37,263 nt of DNA from a virus. Its lineage: Duplodnaviria; Heunggongvirae; Uroviricota; Caudoviricetes. Position numbers and translations under genes: made by a program. Of this stretch, positions 1 to 9,028 are shown piece by piece. The notes under the pieces were generated by a model. That model had not been told where the DNA came from. It searched no databases and saw nothing but the letters and a program-made list of their open reading frames with translations. The stretch covers positions 1 to 37,263 of IMG/VR virus record IMGVR_UViG_2778261172_000006; one strand, 5' to 3'. How positions within the stretch are numbered: position 1 is the stretch's first letter; the number at the start of each line of letters is the position of its first letter.

Positions 1-993
1 CTAATCGATGGACAGTTTATGGACACTTTCAGCCAGCGGATTAAAGTTGATCGCGTCCTGTAAGAAGTCCGGCGAAAAATGAGCGTACGTCATTGTTTGC
101 TGAATCGTTGCGTGCCCCAGGATTCGTTGCAACGTAACAATATTTCCGCCATTCATCATAAAGTGTGTGGCAAATGTATGACGCATGACATGCGTAGCCT
201 GCCCCTTCGGTAAATCCGGTTTCACCTCCTGAAGAATCTCCCGGAACTTCAGATAATCAACCTGATACAACAACCCCGTTCGACGGGTTTTAATCAGAGG
301 CACAACCGAATCCGCCACAGGAACCGAACGGGATTTTCCGTTTTTGGTGTTAAAGAACGTAACCCGGTTGCCAACGATATGCTCTCCACGTAGTTCTGAT
401 GCTTCACTCCATCGGGCACCAGTAGAAAGACACAGAATGGCAACACGACGCGCATCCCCCTCCAGCCGCTCAAGAAGCCGCTCAATCTCATCATCAGAAA
501 GAAAGGCCATCTCTGTGTTCTGAACTTTCAGCTTGCGTATACCGCGTACAGGGTTCGCGTTGTGAAAGACCTCAGCTTCAATCAGCACCGTGAACATGGT
601 AGACAGAACGCATAAGTCACGATTAATACTGGACGGCATTAATCCGGCCTGTAATTTCTCTGACCGATACTCGAGCATAAATTTTCGCGTCATCTGACTG
701 GCACGAGGATCCCCCATTTCACGAATAACCTTCCCTAACCTGACCCTGTAGCTATCCCCGTAAGCCTGATTACGCCCGTCAAGCATCCACCACGCATCAA
801 GTAACTCTGATAATCGCCGCTGATCAGCTGGCTTAGCCTGCCATGGCTTGTCATGGAAGTTCTGTAACACATACTTCTCAAACTCCTGAGCCTTTGATTT
901 CAGGGTGAAGATTTTTCGAATCCGCTTTCCTTCCGCACCCTGAGGCCTTACATCAACCTGATAACGTCCGTCTTTGAGTTGCTTAATCGACAT
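1..993 (-). CDS. int: tyrosine integrase (P2 Int family)
   Basis: 330-aa ORF starting MSIKQL at 993 with GGAGG upstream; stop codon is bases 1-3 of the window; C-terminal tyrosine-recombinase region (HVMRHTFATHF ... LGHATIQQTMTYAH). Confidence 0.93.
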   Translation of the reverse strand: MSIKQLKDGRYQVDVRPQGAEGKRIRKIFTLKSKAQEFEKYVLQNFHDKPWQAKPADQRRLSELLDAWWMLDGRNQAYGDSYRVRLGKVIREMGDPRASQMTRKFMLEYRSEKLQAGLMPSSINRDLCVLSTMFTVLIEAEVFHNANPVRGIRKLKVQNTEMAFLSDDEIERLLERLEGDARRVAILCLSTGARWSEASELRGEHIVGNRVTFFNTKNGKSRSVPVADSVVPLIKTRRTGLLYQVDYLKFREILQEVKPDLPKGQATHVMRHTFATHFMMNGGNIVTLQRILGHATIQQTMTYAHFSPDFLQDAINFNPLAESVHKLSID

Positions 994-1062
994 GATTAGC
1001 CCCTCCAACGGATAAATTAACTAAACACTCCTTGCGATATGTAATTCGCTCAATGTGTAGCG

Positions 1063-1404
1063 TCAGCCAACATTGCGGCCTGATCGGGGTGATTTTTGGG
1101 TAATGCCGATTGAAACCTGATCGCCCTCCGACTGAATAGAGCCATCAAGAGAGAGAGCCGGAGCAACCTGCCCGGCAGCGGGAAATGTTTTGTCGTGAAG
1201 TATCCACATAGTGTATTTTTCGAATCGCTCGACCTGGATTACTTTTTCTACAACCTCAATTCGCGCAGGTTTATATCCAGACTCATAATTTCCTATAGTC
1301 CCTACAGAAACCCCCGTTACTTGCGAAAACTGAGATTGTGTAAGTTTTTCCGCATTTCTGATCGCCTTTAGTTTTTTGGCGTAATCTCTTGACATGTTCA
1401 CCAT
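1063..1404 (-). CDS. immunity repressor, P2 C-like
   Basis: 113-aa ORF from ATG at 1404 (AGAGGA RBS); HTH segment LTQSQFSQVTGVSVGTIGNYESG; C-terminal FEKYTMWILHD...GQVAPAL resembles the remembered P2 C C-terminus; sits between int and cox-like gene. Confidence 0.8.
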   Translation of the reverse strand: MVNMSRDYAKKLKAIRNAEKLTQSQFSQVTGVSVGTIGNYESGYKPARIEVVEKVIQVERFEKYTMWILHDKTFPAAGQVAPALSLDGSIQSEGDQVSIGITQKSPRSGRNVG

Positions 1405-1507
1405 ACGATGAGTATCCTCTTTTCGCTCTTCACCACACGGTGAAGAAAACAAACCAAAACAAACCATCACAAGGCGCAACAAGCGCACCAACGCAAGAGG
1501 ATAACAA
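1405..1507. promoter_or_regulatory. immunity switch region between repressor and cox-like gene; candidate operators and early/repressor promoters
   Basis: Perfect 8-bp inverted repeat TCTTCACC-ACAC-GGTGAAGA at 1427-1446 followed by tandem direct repeat AAAACAAACC x2 at 1446-1465; promoters not pinpointed. Confidence 0.4.
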
Positions 1508-2029
1508 ATGCGGGACTTCATTGCCGATAAAGAGTTATCTGACCACCAACCACTTCAGGAAAGTGACACACTCAGCGGATCCATTGATGCCGCCAACGAC
1601 GACGAACACGAAGAAAACAAGAAAAAGCGCTCCTACAAAAAAGGAGCGACTTTACGGCTGGATGGTCCGATCGCCGGGCTTTGCTCTCTGGAAAAAGGCG
1701 CGGCATATATTGGCCTAACAAAATCTGCACTGCGCGTAGCCATTCATCGCGGTCAAATGCCGGGACACAAAACGCGCACAAACCCAGAAGATGAAAACTC
1801 AGACGGAGTATGGTGGTTTAACGCCAAAGAGTGGGACAAGTTGGCTGATGAGCTACCAGAGTACGAGCCCCCAGAATGGCACAACTGGAAAAGTTACTGG
1901 ACGTATGACCGCCAGAAAAGAAAGTTCTCTCCAGCCGACAAAGAAGACTGCCAGACCGTTAACGGAAAACGGGTTTATATGGGTAGAAGCTCAAAGCTGG
2001 AGCGACTCAAAAGCAGCGAAGGCAACTAA
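1508..2029 (+). CDS. Cox-like excisionase/early regulator with N- and C-terminal extensions
   Basis: ATG at 1508 with AGAGGA RBS; central segment GAAYIGLTKSALRVAIHRGQMPGH and GVWWFNAKEW resemble the P2 Cox HTH and aromatic motif; 173 aa versus about 90 for Cox. Confidence 0.55.
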   Translation: MRDFIADKELSDHQPLQESDTLSGSIDAANDDEHEENKKKRSYKKGATLRLDGPIAGLCSLEKGAAYIGLTKSALRVAIHRGQMPGHKTRTNPEDENSDGVWWFNAKEWDKLADELPEYEPPEWHNWKSYWTYDRQKRKFSPADKEDCQTVNGKRVYMGRSSKLERLKSSEGN

Positions 2030-2039
2030 ACACACAAAA

Positions 2040-2246
2040 ATGACCAACAACATCACCAATATCATTTTGACCCTCGTTCTTTTTGAAGTGGGCGTGGTAG
2101 TGATTTGGCTTCTTCGCAAATTAACAGGGTATGAGGAACGCTTTATGGCTCTCAATGTTGAATACATCACTGCTTATGCCAGAGGTCTTTTTCCGGCTGC
2201 CATTGGGGCAATGATCATGGTGTTTGTCATCTGGTTTATCGGGTAG
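2040..2246 (+). CDS. small hydrophobic membrane protein (68 aa)
   Basis: ATG at 2040; two hydrophobic stretches (ITNIILTLVLFEVGVVVIWLL and FPAAIGAMIMVFVIWFI); weak RBS. Confidence 0.45.
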   Translation: MTNNITNIILTLVLFEVGVVVIWLLRKLTGYEERFMALNVEYITAYARGLFPAAIGAMIMVFVIWFIG

Positions 2247-2257
2247 AGGTGCAAAAA

Positions 2258-2611
2258 ATGAATAAGCAACAGCGTAATTCTTCACAGCAGCGCTTCCGCA
2301 ACGGCGCAGAACGCCATGCTAACCGTTTCGCTACCAGTGCATCACGTAGCAACTCTCGCTACAGCCTGAGCGAAACACACGCAACGCCGGATGGCTACCC
2401 AGTAAAACAAATCGGCGAGCATACCTGGCTGATTGAGAAAGCTGGAATCGTGGTCCACAAATGCCCACGCAATCCGTTTACCGGAAACCGCATTTTTGCA
2501 TTGAGCTGCGGCGACAATCAGTTCGGGCAGGATTTCACATTATACGAAGCATTACGCACGGTTGATCGTCTGCTTCGCGGGCAAAGTTTTATTAAACAGA
2601 CTGATTTATAA
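2258..2611 (+). CDS. hypothetical early protein (117 aa)
   Basis: ATG at 2258 with GAGGTG RBS; ORF in the early-operon orientation. Confidence 0.5.
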   Translation: MNKQQRNSSQQRFRNGAERHANRFATSASRSNSRYSLSETHATPDGYPVKQIGEHTWLIEKAGIVVHKCPRNPFTGNRIFALSCGDNQFGQDFTLYEALRTVDRLLRGQSFIKQTDL

Positions 2612-2621
2612 CAGGTGCGTT

Positions 2622-2909
2622 ATGACCAAAGAGCATGCACAAAGTGTATTTATCCGTTTTATTGATTTTCGCGGTGAACTGTTATTACGTGCATCCGCTA
2701 TTGATGGAGTGACTCCGGCGGGTAAAAACGGAGCCGACGAAGCCACTTACGTTTATCTGAACGGCACGCGACTGCTTGTGGAACTTCCGTACCAGACCGT
2801 ACGAGAAATCATTAGCGAAGCTGAAAAGGCACGCCAGGTTAATGGCGATGAACCCTATATCGAAATTATTTGTATGGATTCAGAAACTGAAATTCAGAAA
2901 GCAGATTAA
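2622..2909 (+). CDS. hypothetical early protein (95 aa)
   Basis: ATG at 2622 with AGGTG RBS. Confidence 0.5.
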   Translation: MTKEHAQSVFIRFIDFRGELLLRASAIDGVTPAGKNGADEATYVYLNGTRLLVELPYQTVREIISEAEKARQVNGDEPYIEIICMDSETEIQKAD

Positions 2910-2920
2910 AGGGCGTTGCG

Positions 2921-3163
2921 ATGGGCAAAGAATATAAAACTCTCATTAACAAAGCACTTGAGCGTTTTTATTTTCGCTTAAGTGCATCAGGCGCTCATGC
3001 TGAACGTGCAGCCCGTGACTCATTGACCAGGGCAATCCGGAGTCTGTATGACGTGGCTTTTTACGCTGATGATCTGGATGCACTTAACGAACTTTCCGAG
3101 CTGATCTGTGCCGCAGAATGCGGGGAACATATTGAACCGTATAAGCTGGGGAATATCGCATGA
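2921..3163 (+). CDS. hypothetical early protein (80 aa)
   Basis: ATG at 2921; stop overlaps next start (ATGA at 3160-3163). Confidence 0.5.
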   Translation: MGKEYKTLINKALERFYFRLSASGAHAERAARDSLTRAIRSLYDVAFYADDLDALNELSELICAAECGEHIEPYKLGNIA

Positions 3164-3273
3164 GTATATTTATCTCATGGCTTGTTCTGATTATTTCGGT
3201 GGTCTGCGCCATTGGGATTATGCGAATTATTAATTCAGTAAAAAAGATTGAACGCTTTTTCACTGGTGAATAA
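3160..3273 (+). CDS. small single-TM peptide (37 aa), not in the ORF track
   Basis: ATG overlapping the upstream stop; translation MSIFISWLVLIISVVCAIGIMRIINSVKKIERFFTGE is a hydrophobic helix followed by a basic tail. Confidence 0.35.
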   Translation: MSIFISWLVLIISVVCAIGIMRIINSVKKIERFFTGE

Positions 3274-3359
3274 CAGCGCAAATAAAACCACAGATTAAAT
3301 AAGAAAACGTGAAAACAATCCGCATTCGCGGAGGTATTCGCACATGCCAAGGAGGCGCA

Positions 3360-3563
3360 ATGGCAATTAAGCGTTTTTCCGTCATTCGTTTCACATCCAG
3401 AGGGCGTGAATACGAAGTTGACGAACGGCTGATTAAAACGCTCGACCGTCACCGTTCGCAACCTGACGCGCATCACATTTATCTCACTGACGACACTTAC
3501 TTCTGCGCCACCAACGTGGTGCAGGTGAACCTTATCCGACAGGTACAGGAGTCACGCAGATGA
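3360..3563 (+). CDS. hypothetical early protein (67 aa)
   Basis: ATG at 3360 preceded by AGGAGG; stop overlaps next start. Confidence 0.5.
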   Translation: MAIKRFSVIRFTSRGREYEVDERLIKTLDRHRSQPDAHHIYLTDDTYFCATNVVQVNLIRQVQESRR

Positions 3564-3805
3564 CCATTCTGGACTACATCGCCGCCAATCCGGGTTGTAG
3601 CGGCGGAGAAATCGCCGCAGCACTGAATACCCCAACCACAGCCATTAATGCTGAGTTACGCCGACTCTGGCGCGACGGCTTAGTCATCAGAGAAGAACGC
3701 AAAACAGGCGGTCGATTCTCTTACCAGGTAAACCCGATGCCGTTCGGGTGTGGCAACCCGCTTACTCACTTGTTTAACCAGCTACTGAAGGAAGCCAGAG
3801 CATGA
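3560..3805 (+). CDS. small winged-helix-like DNA-binding protein (81 aa)
   Basis: ATGA overlap with upstream and downstream genes; segment GCSGGEIAAALNTPTTAINAELRRLWRDGLV resembles a wHTH. Confidence 0.5.
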   Translation: MTILDYIAANPGCSGGEIAAALNTPTTAINAELRRLWRDGLVIREERKTGGRFSYQVNPMPFGCGNPLTHLFNQLLKEARA

Positions 3806-4101
3806 GCACCATCAACCACCAGGAACTACGCGAACTGGCGACTGACCTGCAACGAATGGCAACGCATCAAAAATTACTGGCGTTTCGCGCAATGCTCTCG
3901 CCGTCTGCCGTGCTGGCGCTACTGGATGAACTGGAGCACGCCAGAACCATGGCTCCTGCCATTCGCCTGACGCTCCATCATGAAATCGCTGATTTCTGCG
4001 CACCACTGGGTTCGCCTGGTGAACCAGAAACGCCGGAAGCAATGCAACGAGAGCTACTGCAACGCATCGACAAGGTTTTTGATTTTTTCCTTAACCAGTA
4101 A
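3802..4101 (+). CDS. hypothetical early protein (99 aa)
   Basis: ATGA-coupled ORF; predicted helical. Confidence 0.5.
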   Translation: MSTINHQELRELATDLQRMATHQKLLAFRAMLSPSAVLALLDELEHARTMAPAIRLTLHHEIADFCAPLGSPGEPETPEAMQRELLQRIDKVFDFFLNQ

Positions 4102-4112
4102 AGGACCGCGAT

Positions 4113-4316
4113 ATGAACAAAAAGACCTGGTTTCGCGCATACATGTGGGCGCTGGTATGCGTCCTCGTTTCTCTCATTCTGTATGCAGGACTACTCCCCC
4201 GAATGATTTCATCAGACAGCTCCTTCCTGGTATTGCTGGGCATTTTCATTGCCATGCTGTACCCGGCAGGCGTTGTTCGCCTTTTCAGTAAGTACATCAA
4301 GGAAATCAAACAATGA
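4113..4316 (+). CDS. small two-TM membrane protein (67 aa)
   Basis: Two hydrophobic helices (YMWALVCVLVSLILYAGLL and FLVLLGIFIAMLYPAGVV); stop overlaps the SPFH gene start (ATGA at 4313). Confidence 0.55.
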   Translation: MNKKTWFRAYMWALVCVLVSLILYAGLLPRMISSDSSFLVLLGIFIAMLYPAGVVRLFSKYIKEIKQ

Positions 4317-5143
4317 AGAAATTCAAACTCTTTCAGATTATCCCGCTTTTTGCCGCCATCCTGCTGGCTGGTTGCGATCGCGTTGAGCCAGGTAATGTGG
4401 GCATCAAAGTCAACAAACTGGGCGACGACAAAGGCGTCGGCGAAGTGGTCGGCGTTGGCCGCTACTGGACTGGCTGGAATACAGAGGTTTACATCTTCCC
4501 AACCTTCAAACAAATGAAGACCTACGATGAGCCGTTCAGCTTCCAGATGAGTGACGGCACAACCATCGGCTATCACATCGGCGTGGCTTACAAGGTTGAT
4601 CCATCCAAAGTTACCACAGTGTTTCAGACCTACCGCAAAGGCGTGGATGACATTACCGACACTGACCTGCGCCAGAAGATCGCCGACGCACTCAACCGAC
4701 TGGCCAGCAAAATGACCACCGATAAATTCATCGACGGTGGCAAGTCTGAACTGCTGGATTCAGCACTTAAAGATATTCAGGCAGAAATGACACCCATCGG
4801 CATTCAGGTAATGAGCCTCTCTTATGTCGGTAAACCGGAATACCCGCCAACCGTGATCGACAGCATTAATGCCAAAGTCACAGCGAACCAGAAAACCCTG
4901 CAACGCGAACAGGAAGTAAAACAGCGCGAAGCAGAAGCCAACATGTTGCGCGCAGAAGCTGCCGGACAGGCTGATGCCATTCGCACAAAAGCCCAGGCTG
5001 AAGCCGACGCCATTCGTTTACGCGGTGAAGCTCTGCGCCAGAATCCCGGCGTTATGGAGCTGGAAGCAATCAACAAATGGAACGGCACGCTGCCGCAATA
5101 CATGACCAGCAATACCGCTGTTCCGTTTGTTCCGGTGAAGTAA
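4313..5143 (+). CDS. SPFH/band-7 (prohibitin-like) domain lipoprotein
   Basis: N-terminal signal with lipobox LLAGC; central SPFH-like core; C-terminal Ala/Glu/Gln/Arg-rich coiled-coil (QREQEVKQREAEANMLRAEAAGQADAIR...). Confidence 0.75.
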   Translation: MKKFKLFQIIPLFAAILLAGCDRVEPGNVGIKVNKLGDDKGVGEVVGVGRYWTGWNTEVYIFPTFKQMKTYDEPFSFQMSDGTTIGYHIGVAYKVDPSKVTTVFQTYRKGVDDITDTDLRQKIADALNRLASKMTTDKFIDGGKSELLDSALKDIQAEMTPIGIQVMSLSYVGKPEYPPTVIDSINAKVTANQKTLQREQEVKQREAEANMLRAEAAGQADAIRTKAQAEADAIRLRGEALRQNPGVMELEAINKWNGTLPQYMTSNTAVPFVPVK

Positions 5144-5311
5144 TTAAACCCGGCCAGTGAAAATCGCTGGCCGGAGCAGTATCAGGATTTTTTAGTATGC
5201 CGTTCTCACAAAAAAACCGCTTGCCATGCCGCAATCAGTCAGGTTACATTTCCGCTGCACCTCATAAAACGGGTGCCGGGATTTCCACCCCGCTGACAAC
5301 TACAGCGCACA

Positions 5312-5331
5312 ACCGCGCCAGCGGTTTTTTT
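5312..5331 (+). terminator. candidate intrinsic terminator
   Basis: ACCGC-GCCA-GCGGT hairpin directly followed by seven T residues. Confidence 0.5.
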
Positions 5332-5510
5332 GTGCGTACTGTATCGCCACGTCTTTTTCGCACACGAATTATGGTGGGGCGTACGGGGCCGACTTCGGTC
5401 GGGCCGGGTTCTGTAGTTGCCGGTTGTGGAAACCCTGTACGTCTCACCACCCCGAGTTTTCCACCTCTGGATGGTGAGTTTTCAAAACTTGCAACTACAG
5501 AGGCCACACC

Positions 5511-5741
5511 ATGGCAAACCGCAAACAGCACCGCGCTATCGCGGAGCGTCGTCACATCCAGACTGAAATCAACCGCAGACTTTTCCGCGCATCACGCGTC
5601 GCGCAAATCATGCACATCAATATGCTGCATGAACGCAGTCACGCACTATCGAACAGCTATTCCGCCTCTGTTTTCAGCTATCTGGCGGATGATCTGCGCG
5701 AGCTTCAGCAGCTCATCCAGCAGCAAAACAAACTCCATTAA
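5511..5741 (+). CDS. hypothetical small basic protein (76 aa)
   Basis: ATG at 5511 with AGAGG about 8 nt upstream; Arg/His-rich helical sequence; overlaps antisense and alternative ORFs so coding status is uncertain. Confidence 0.4.
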   Translation: MANRKQHRAIAERRHIQTEINRRLFRASRVAQIMHINMLHERSHALSNSYSASVFSYLADDLRELQQLIQQQNKLH

Positions 5742-5813
5742 TTCTGGTTCCGGGCCTTTCCTGCACCTTGCGGCGGGAGGCCTTCGCACATCTGTAACAA
5801 GAGGATTGCCGCA

Positions 5814-6179
5814 ATGATTCTCGCCAACGACTTTCTTGAATACCTGCTCAACACAGAGCGCGATCTTGCCGTTCGCGTGCGTGACCGTTATGACATGTAC
5901 CTGAAATCCCTGCCTGTACCGCAGCTCGCTGACGGAAAGATTGTTATTGATGGCCGCTACATGATTGACAGCCACGAGGGAAATTACAGGCTTTACCGCA
6001 TTGAAGGCGGCACCCCGTCCGTTATTGGCATTTACCAGCACCCATCCTCTGCGATCGTCGATGTGATTGCAGACAGCATCCGCATCACACATCGCTATGC
6101 CGACACAGAAGACACCGTACTGGAAATTCAGCGGCTGGCTGCCGTTTGCCGTGACACCCTGAACGGTATGACGAAGTAA
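5814..6179 (+). CDS. hypothetical protein immediately upstream of A (121 aa)
   Basis: ATG at 5814 with AAGAGGA RBS. Confidence 0.55.
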   Translation: MILANDFLEYLLNTERDLAVRVRDRYDMYLKSLPVPQLADGKIVIDGRYMIDSHEGNYRLYRIEGGTPSVIGIYQHPSSAIVDVIADSIRITHRYADTEDTVLEIQRLAAVCRDTLNGMTK

Positions 6180-6185
6180 ATCAGT

Positions 6186-9008
6186 ATGACGACAGAGTAC
6201 ATCAGGGACTGGCAACAACCGCGCCACGCAGTAGGGCGTGAAGGAACGGGGATCCCCACTCCTGAATCCGCGCTTTCCTCCTGGCTGGATGCCTACCGGG
6301 CAGAGAACGAGCGCCACCAGGAAAAGGCTGATGCGGCGTTCTCCGCCACGCCACTGGGCAACCTGATTAATAAAAGCCTGGACGCACAGGAAAAACAGGA
6401 CAAAACCATCACGCTGGCAGGAGAAGCCAGAAGACAGACACGCGGCACGGTGGATGAAGCCATGGCCTCGCTGCGCCTGCTGCCGTCCTATCTGCGCGAT
6501 CCGCTTATTCGCCACCTCTCCTTCCTGCGCAAAAAACAGGAAGCCGATCTCCGGAAAGAAAAAAATGCCTGGCAGGCAGAAAACTATGCACGCGGAACCC
6601 TGCGCAAGATATTCGTTCGCATTAACCGTGCCGACAGTCGCTGGCTGACACCGGGTTATCGCTCCCTCGCCGGACGTGAGCGTCTGGATGATTTGCTTTA
6701 CCTGCCGCAGCTCAATAAACACCAGATACAGACACTGGCCACCATGACAGCGGCAATGTTCAGCAGCACCTTCGAAACACTCTGTGATGGTTTCGGTGCC
6801 AAAGATGGCGAGCTGACCATGGAGGTGGCACTGAAGGCGTATCAGATGCTGGCCCGCATGGCGTTACACCTGCACACCGTGCCGCCGCATTACGAAGCAC
6901 TGACAACAGACAAAGACCGGAGGAACGAACCGGACACGGAGCTGCTGCCGGGCGCAATCCTTCGTCTGACCTGTGCGGAATGGTGGAAACGCAAACTGTG
7001 GCTGTTACGTTGCGAGTGGCGGGAAGAACAACTCCGTGCCGCCTGTCTGGTTTCCAGAAAAACATCGCCCTATCTGAGCCAGGACGCGTTAAGCGAGTTT
7101 CGCGCACAGCGCGAGAAAACACGCGATTTTCTGAAAAGTTTCATGCTGGAAAACGAAGACGGGTTCACGATTGATCTCGAGACAGTGTATTACGCGGGAG
7201 TAAGTAACCCGGTTCACCGTAAGGCAGAAATGATGGCCACCATGAAGGGGCTGGAACTTCTGGCCGAAGCCCGTGGCGACAAAGCGGTGTTTCTGACTGT
7301 CACCTGCCCGTCAAAATACCACGCCACAACGGAGAACGGTCATCCGAACCCCAAATGGAACGGGGCCACCATGCGCGACTCCAGCGATTACCTGGTTAAC
7401 ACGTTTTTTGCGGCGGTCCGCAAAAAACTGAACCGCGACGGTCTTCGCTGGTATGGCATCCGCACGGTGGAGCCTCACCATGACGGCACCGTGCACTGGC
7501 ATATGATGGTCTTTGCTCATCCGGAAGAAATCGACAGCATCGTGGCCATCACCCGCGATATTGCCATTCAGGAAGACCGCCACGAGCTGGGTGATGATAT
7601 TACCCCACGCTTTAAGGTGGAGTATGTCGACGGCTCAAAAGGCACACCAACCAGCTACATCGCCACCTACATCGGAAAGAACCTGGACAGCCGCGCCGTG
7701 GATGGCATCGACCCGAAAACGGGCAAGCCACGCGTTGACCACGAAACAGGAAAATCAATGACCGAGAGCGTGGAACGCGCCATCGGCTGGGCGCGCCTTC
7801 ACCGGGTCCGCCAGTTCCAGTTCTTTGGCATTCCCTCCCGTCAGGTGTGGCGTGAACTCCGCCGCCTTGCCAGCCAGATGGCACGCAACCCGGAAGGCCC
7901 GCAACGGCTGAAGAATGACGCAATGGATGCGGTACTCGCTGCCGCCGATGCCGGGTGTTTTGCCTCCTACATTGAAAAACAGGGCGGCGTACTTGTTCCA
8001 CGCAAAGACTACCTGATTCGCACCGCCTACGACCTCGCAGATGAGCCGAACGATTACGGCGAACAGAGCGTACAGATTTACGGGATCTGGTCACCACTCA
8101 TCGGGGAATCCTCCCGTGTGTGCACGCACCCGGATAACTGGAAGCTGGTAAGACGTAAACCGGAAGCGGAAGACAACACCCGCGAAAATGGTTTTGACCT
8201 TCAGGGCGGCCCTGCCGCCCCTTGGACTCGTGGCAATAACTGTCCCCGTGTACAGGAAACGGACAACAACGGGACAGAACAGCCGGAAGAACGGCCAGCA
8301 CCGTGGCCGCAGCTTCCTGACGGCATTGAAGTGAACGAATGGATGCGCTCACTGAAACGGCACGAACGCCGGGCGCTGATGCGTTCGCTTCGTGACAAAC
8401 AGGCAAAAAACAGCAGTGATGAAATGCAGAGCTGGACACAGAGCCGCAAACAGCAGCGGCCTTTGCCTGATAACCACGAATTACTCGCTAGAGAATGGCG
8501 GGAGTCTGCTGAATCTCTCGGCCTGCATATCGGTGAACAACAAATGCAGCACCTGTTACGGGGCGGCAGTCTGTACGTTGACGGCAGCATCATTGCACCG
8601 CAGGGATTTGAAATTGTACGCAAACCGGATACCCGCCCGGACAGCCGAATCACGCAGCTCTGGCAACGCCTGAGCCGTAATCACGGCGTAAGCAGCACGG
8701 AGATCCGCCATAACCCGGTCGCCAGCTATCTGGAACAGCTGGGGGCATCAGACCCTGAAGCCGCCGCACGCCTGGCATCCACACTTCAGCAGGACCAGAA
8801 CACCATGAAAACACCCGTTACCGTGCTTTCTGACATGCTGCGCGCCATCCGCGACGCAGAGCACGCACAGAGAATCAGTGAAACCACTGAACGCGCCCGC
8901 CGCAAAGCAGACCTGCTGCGGGGTGGCCTGACCAGTGGAAACAAAAAACAGACAGAAACGGGATTCACAAATCCCGTAAATGAGCAAAAAACGCGCCGCG
9001 ATATATGA
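6186..9008 (+). CDS. A: replication initiation endonuclease, P2 gpA family, with long C-terminal extension
   Basis: 940-aa ORF; HxH-type motif (TVHWHMMVF) and P2 A-like core around residues 330-600; position between early genes and the cargo region. Confidence 0.88.
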   Translation: MTTEYIRDWQQPRHAVGREGTGIPTPESALSSWLDAYRAENERHQEKADAAFSATPLGNLINKSLDAQEKQDKTITLAGEARRQTRGTVDEAMASLRLLPSYLRDPLIRHLSFLRKKQEADLRKEKNAWQAENYARGTLRKIFVRINRADSRWLTPGYRSLAGRERLDDLLYLPQLNKHQIQTLATMTAAMFSSTFETLCDGFGAKDGELTMEVALKAYQMLARMALHLHTVPPHYEALTTDKDRRNEPDTELLPGAILRLTCAEWWKRKLWLLRCEWREEQLRAACLVSRKTSPYLSQDALSEFRAQREKTRDFLKSFMLENEDGFTIDLETVYYAGVSNPVHRKAEMMATMKGLELLAEARGDKAVFLTVTCPSKYHATTENGHPNPKWNGATMRDSSDYLVNTFFAAVRKKLNRDGLRWYGIRTVEPHHDGTVHWHMMVFAHPEEIDSIVAITRDIAIQEDRHELGDDITPRFKVEYVDGSKGTPTSYIATYIGKNLDSRAVDGIDPKTGKPRVDHETGKSMTESVERAIGWARLHRVRQFQFFGIPSRQVWRELRRLASQMARNPEGPQRLKNDAMDAVLAAADAGCFASYIEKQGGVLVPRKDYLIRTAYDLADEPNDYGEQSVQIYGIWSPLIGESSRVCTHPDNWKLVRRKPEAEDNTRENGFDLQGGPAAPWTRGNNCPRVQETDNNGTEQPEERPAPWPQLPDGIEVNEWMRSLKRHERRALMRSLRDKQAKNSSDEMQSWTQSRKQQRPLPDNHELLAREWRESAESLGLHIGEQQMQHLLRGGSLYVDGSIIAPQGFEIVRKPDTRPDSRITQLWQRLSRNHGVSSTEIRHNPVASYLEQLGASDPEAAARLASTLQQDQNTMKTPVTVLSDMLRAIRDAEHAQRISETTERARRKADLLRGGLTSGNKKQTETGFTNPVNEQKTRRDI
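8956..8980. repeat. 25-bp palindromic element, copy 1 (AAACGGGATT-CACA-AATCCCGTAAA)
   Basis: 8-bp inverted repeat ACGGGATT/AATCCCGT with 4-nt spacer, inside the 3' end of A. Confidence 0.7.
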
Positions 9009-9028
9009 AGCGCGCACAAAACAGGCAA

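Noticed and set aside
5197-5817. 206-aa ORF on the plus strand
   Set aside because: Low-complexity Ser/Thr/Arg/Pro-rich translation running through two hairpin terminators; more likely noncoding structured DNA.
5646-6722. 358-aa ORF on the minus strand
   Set aside because: Antisense to the well-supported 5814-6179 ORF and the start of A; Arg/Gly/Cys-rich composition typical of a GC-rich antisense frame; no RBS context.
6760-8673. Multiple minus-strand ORFs of 90-160 aa
   Set aside because: Antisense within gene A; Cys/Arg-rich shadow frames.
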